Origin: Tubulanus polymorphus | Taxonomy: Eukaryota > Animalia > Nemertea | Length of the DNA: 64,000 nucleotides | Assembly: GCF_964204645.1 (NCBI RefSeq) | Contig: NC_134033.1 | Location: 5,480,231 to 5,544,230 of the forward strand | Reading direction: 5' to 3' | Shown: positions 23,079 through 64,000 of the stretch, in pieces | Layout: each line of letters begins with the position of its first letter | How positions within the stretch are numbered: position 1 is the stretch's first letter | The notes under the pieces: generated by a model | What the model was told of the DNA's origin: nothing | Seen by the model: the letters and a program-made list of their open reading frames with translations, nothing else | Databases searched by the model: none | Made by a program: the position numbers and the translations under genes

Positions 23079-26000
23079 GATCTTAATCCATCCTTCCACA
23101 CTCCCAACATTTAGAAAAATTCATGTTACGCAATTCAAGAAATTCTAGATGAACCGCGTATATGATTTTACATGAAAACATATACAGAATATAGCATATC
23201 TCTGAAGCTTGATTCCAGCTCATATTTTCTCAATGAATATAATGTATCCCGTTTGTGTAATCGACGTACTACTAAGGCCCTTTTGAAACTAGCACTATAT
23301 ATCATTTAGTAATTATTTCCGCAATACACAGTATTATTCCCTGCTTTTTAAGTAGTGCGCTGTATGTATATGTGTGCAAATTAGATATGATTGATAAAAA
23401 TTGATTGATAACGAACAGGTTATTCAAATGACGCCGTACACGGCCAGGTCAGTGGTTGATTCGAAAGAGGTTGGTGTGTGTTCAGTTCAAAATCACGAGT
23501 AAGCGTGATATCAGAATTACAGACGATATAGTCCACTGTATGGTGAAAGCTTGTTCATCTTTCCCGGAATAGTCGAATTTGAAATCAGAACTTGCCGATG
23601 ACGTCCTCGAATTTGGTAACGATTTGTGTTGATAGTCGATGTTTTGGACGTTCTCATAAAAAGTATACGAATTCCACGACTTTCTAAAGTATTCGGAAAT
23701 AGTATGAATTGATTTCAAGTCAAGCATCCCTAGAACACTAAATGAATATGAATGACATATATGCTAATTTTGACTTATCAAACGTTGAAATGATAGATCA
23801 CATTTGTATCGCTTCAAGTCTAACAGCTCTGCCCCCAACCACTCCCCCCCTCGGGGAATAATAGTAGTTGAGTGGGTTTTTAAGTCATCTGTCAGCCAAA
23901 GCGATGATATCATGCAACACGACCAATGGAGTGACCACGTTTATTCGCAAATTCATAAATGGGGTCCACCCTCGTGAATATTTCAGTGACCTTATAGATG
24001 TGAGAATACATTATATGCCCTTAGACTTTACCTCAGTATACAGAGGTTAACTCAAGCTATGAATTACTATCAAATTCAGAAAAGTAACCCCCCGTTCTAA
24101 CAGTAGACCGCGTACTTCGATCACTACATTCTCACCGGTGTCCCGGCATAGATCCGCGTATGAATCAAAGCATTGTGAATTTTCGAACAAAAAGACAAAC
24201 CGTGAAATGATAACCGGTTTTATTTTCGAACATTCTTCGCGACGTTGTTTAGGATATTAATACTTTGACAATAGCTTGAACGCCATGGTTGTAGGTCTCG
24301 GCGCGCCAGCGGTCCAAACACACGCTTACATACGCCCTGTAGTGGTGTTCCGATTAGCGTCAAAATCACGGAAAAACATGTCCGCTTTTTTGTCGAGTCT
24401 GCGAAATGACGGTAGAAATATTCGAAAGCAAATAAAGCGCCGATATTCAGAATTAGATCACGTATTTATTTTCCACCGTTGATTGGCATACATTTATATA
24501 GATATCTGGTATGAATAGCGAGGAAATAACCGATAAATTGGCGGTTCGGAGAGGAATGCCACAGGCAATTGAAGATAATTTCATGTTTTTTTCAAGATTA
24601 TTTTCAATTCATCTTAATTCATACGGCACCGATTGAAGAAGTTAGTTGAACAACTTCAGCATTGTCTTGTTAAGCGGGAACTGTACTGTTTGCAAACTGT
24701 CCCTGGAAGACTTAGGCAGTCACAAATTATGTGGAGCGGCGTGGGCGAGTTGTTAGAGCGTTCGACCCTGAGAAACCAGGTCGTGAATTTATTTTGAATT
24801 TCAAAATTAAATTATAGAATAGAAAAATTAACAGGATTTCGTGTGAATTTTTTTTTTACAATATAGAGCAATAATGAAAATACAGGAAATACAGAACACC
24901 CAGAGAAGAAAAAAGTGACTTATACGAATCCGAGCCCCCTTAGCCTATATCGATATCGAATCAATGACATGATCTTGTCACGAATCAAACAAATCTGGCC
25001 ATGGATAAAACTTGGCCAAGGATTCCAGATCAAGCTGCGATGTTTCACCGCGATAAAGACGACCTGGCAATGTTATCCGGTGTTTGTGCAATGAAACTCG
25101 ATAACGAACGTGTCGAAATCGCGTTGATATTTTTATCCCTATTGACAGTCAGCATTTCGCTTGTAATACCTCGGTCACATTCCGATGATGTTTTTGTTTC
25201 CCGCAATCGTTTTGTAATATTCGCGTCCTAAATAAACACGAACGCGGCCGCCGCCGTTCTGGGAGGCGGACGAATAAACGTGGTTCGACATCCGAGTATT
25301 GATTTCGCGGAATCGCTTCGGCCGCCGTTAGGGGCGACCTGCCGCAAACCTGCTCACGTATCAACTTCGTAACTGGAATTTTGATAGTTCCATATAAGAC
25401 GAGGGCCAAAAATCCAAAAGTCTTGCGTTGGCAGAAATCGGATGGTCTTTTAGACCGGACTAAATCCTTTTAGTGAATTGAAGAACAAAGCTCATTTTGA
25501 CCCTAAATGAACCCACATTTTCGAGATATTCAACTATTTTTGAGATCGTTTTAGTGCAACTCAGTTGTAGACCATTGAAGTCAGTATTTCATGCGTTCTT
25601 AAAAGTTTAACTATGCTTTTCGATGTTTTCAAGGCGTATTCGATGACTATATGGACACATGACATGAGACTCATATCACACTTTGTATATCTGTCTCGGA
25701 AACGATTGCCATTAGGCGACGGGCTTGTGAGAGAGTACGTACATACTGAGGCCAGCCGATTAGGAGGTGGGGGTGGGGACAGAACAAGTTTATGAGAGGG
25801 AATGGGGATGTGGCTCTAGCTTTGGAAACAGGATGAACAGAGTGTTGGACAAATGGAAAGTAGGAGTTAATTAATCAAACATGGCCTTGACTTGTTAGAT
25901 ATTGGCAGTTATAGAAATCGGTTGGTCTTTTAGGCTGGTCTAAATTCTAGAGTAAATCGAAGAACATTCGAAGCTAATTTCGATCCTTGATGAGCCTGAA

Positions 26001-27065
26001 TTCTCCGAGAAATTCAAATCATTGTGGATCTCAACATGTTCTGAGATCGTTCTGGCGCCGGGAGGGGGGATAGCGAGGAATGTTTTCATACTCGTACGCG
26101 TAAGTACGCATATTAATATGTGATAGCAAGAGCGGATGCCCCACTTCGATATAAATCGATATTGACACTTGTTGTAGCGCGCGCATCGTTCGGGAAATGC
26201 GAGAGGAAATCGAGACGGGAAATGCTAAACTCTCACTAAAAACGATATTTGTAAAAACATATACGTACGTACGTGTGGTTTGTGCAATGCGCGTCGCGGG
26301 TGATAATCAATTTGACTCGCTCGACCGCGCGCGCGCGTATAGCCGATAGAAAACCCCACCGGCTTAGCTCGATACGGTTACTATTTCATACTGTCGCCTC
26401 TATATACACAACCAGCAAGCGCATTTACCAATATAGAATTGTGTCGCGAAAGACTATTGTTGGAAGCGTGAACTGGCGAGTATTTCGGATATCTATACAT
26501 AGTTTAGAAGAATTTATTTCGGTTTGTTCAACATTTGAGAAAATATTCCGCGTAAGCTACCGCACCTTATCGTTGCGTTCGAAGCATACATACTTTGGGC
26601 TGGAAAGATCATTTTGTTGAAACTTTTTTCGAGGGAATATTTCGTATCGGATATCGAGGATTTTACATGAAAGTGAGTTTGATCGGGAACGAACGCGCGC
26701 GCAGCCGAATGGGAAATACGTATTTAAAATAATATATACAAATCGGATTGCGCGAGGACTTTCTGAAAGTGAAATATACTGACGTCTAGTCGAGCGGATC
26801 GAAATCTTTGTTGCGTTAGGTTCGAGGCACTTTTTGTGTCATTTGTCACCCGCGACCTGACCGTGACCTGCCTGAACAAAAGTGAAATTCCGAAAAAACT
26901 TGTCGTGGCGAACGAATTACGCGCGTTAACAGTAGGACTACATATATGGAAGGTTAACTAGTGTGTACTAGCATACTATATTAGCTGTAGAATTCTGACT
27001 GATTCTGTGTTAAGTTATCATCATCAGTTCGTATAGTTCATACCTGTTAGTCGATTAGAGCAGCT

Positions 27066-64000
<36,935 letters not shown>

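Noticed and set aside
24732-24790. tRNA-like sequence (also 42980-43040 and 47537-47610)
   Set aside because: SINE heads or fragments; no complete cloverleaf or acceptor stem.

Overview
AT-rich, repeat-dense animal genomic DNA with spliceosomal GT-AG introns; an invertebrate, probably lophotrochozoan (inference). The left 17 kb holds two divergently oriented, intronless, paralogous rhodopsin-class GPCRs of the FMRFamide-receptor-like type. One is broken at TM6 by a nested insertion. Around and between them lie: a 5'-truncated CR1/L2-group LINE with an uninterrupted ORF, an ~870-bp (CCCT)n tract, a decayed Maverick/Polinton-like PolB region, and an 85-bp satellite containing an internally deleted BEL/Pao LTR element (5-bp TSD). 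The right 37 kb is one large + strand gene that the ORF track does not show as a unit. About 15 small, phase-consistent exons encode a partial plakin domain (spectrin repeats with the desmoplakin-type SH3). They are followed by one exon from 50351 that stays open to the window end (at least 4,550 codons). It is built from three successive repeat families, the last an 89-aa AHNAK/periaxin-like unit organised as a 6-mer higher-order repeat. The introns and intergenic DNA carry minisatellites, MITEs, tRNA-derived SINEs (one with an inverted 5' head) and a fold-back pair of Penelope-type minimal hammerhead ribozymes. All calls are by eye; no searches were run.
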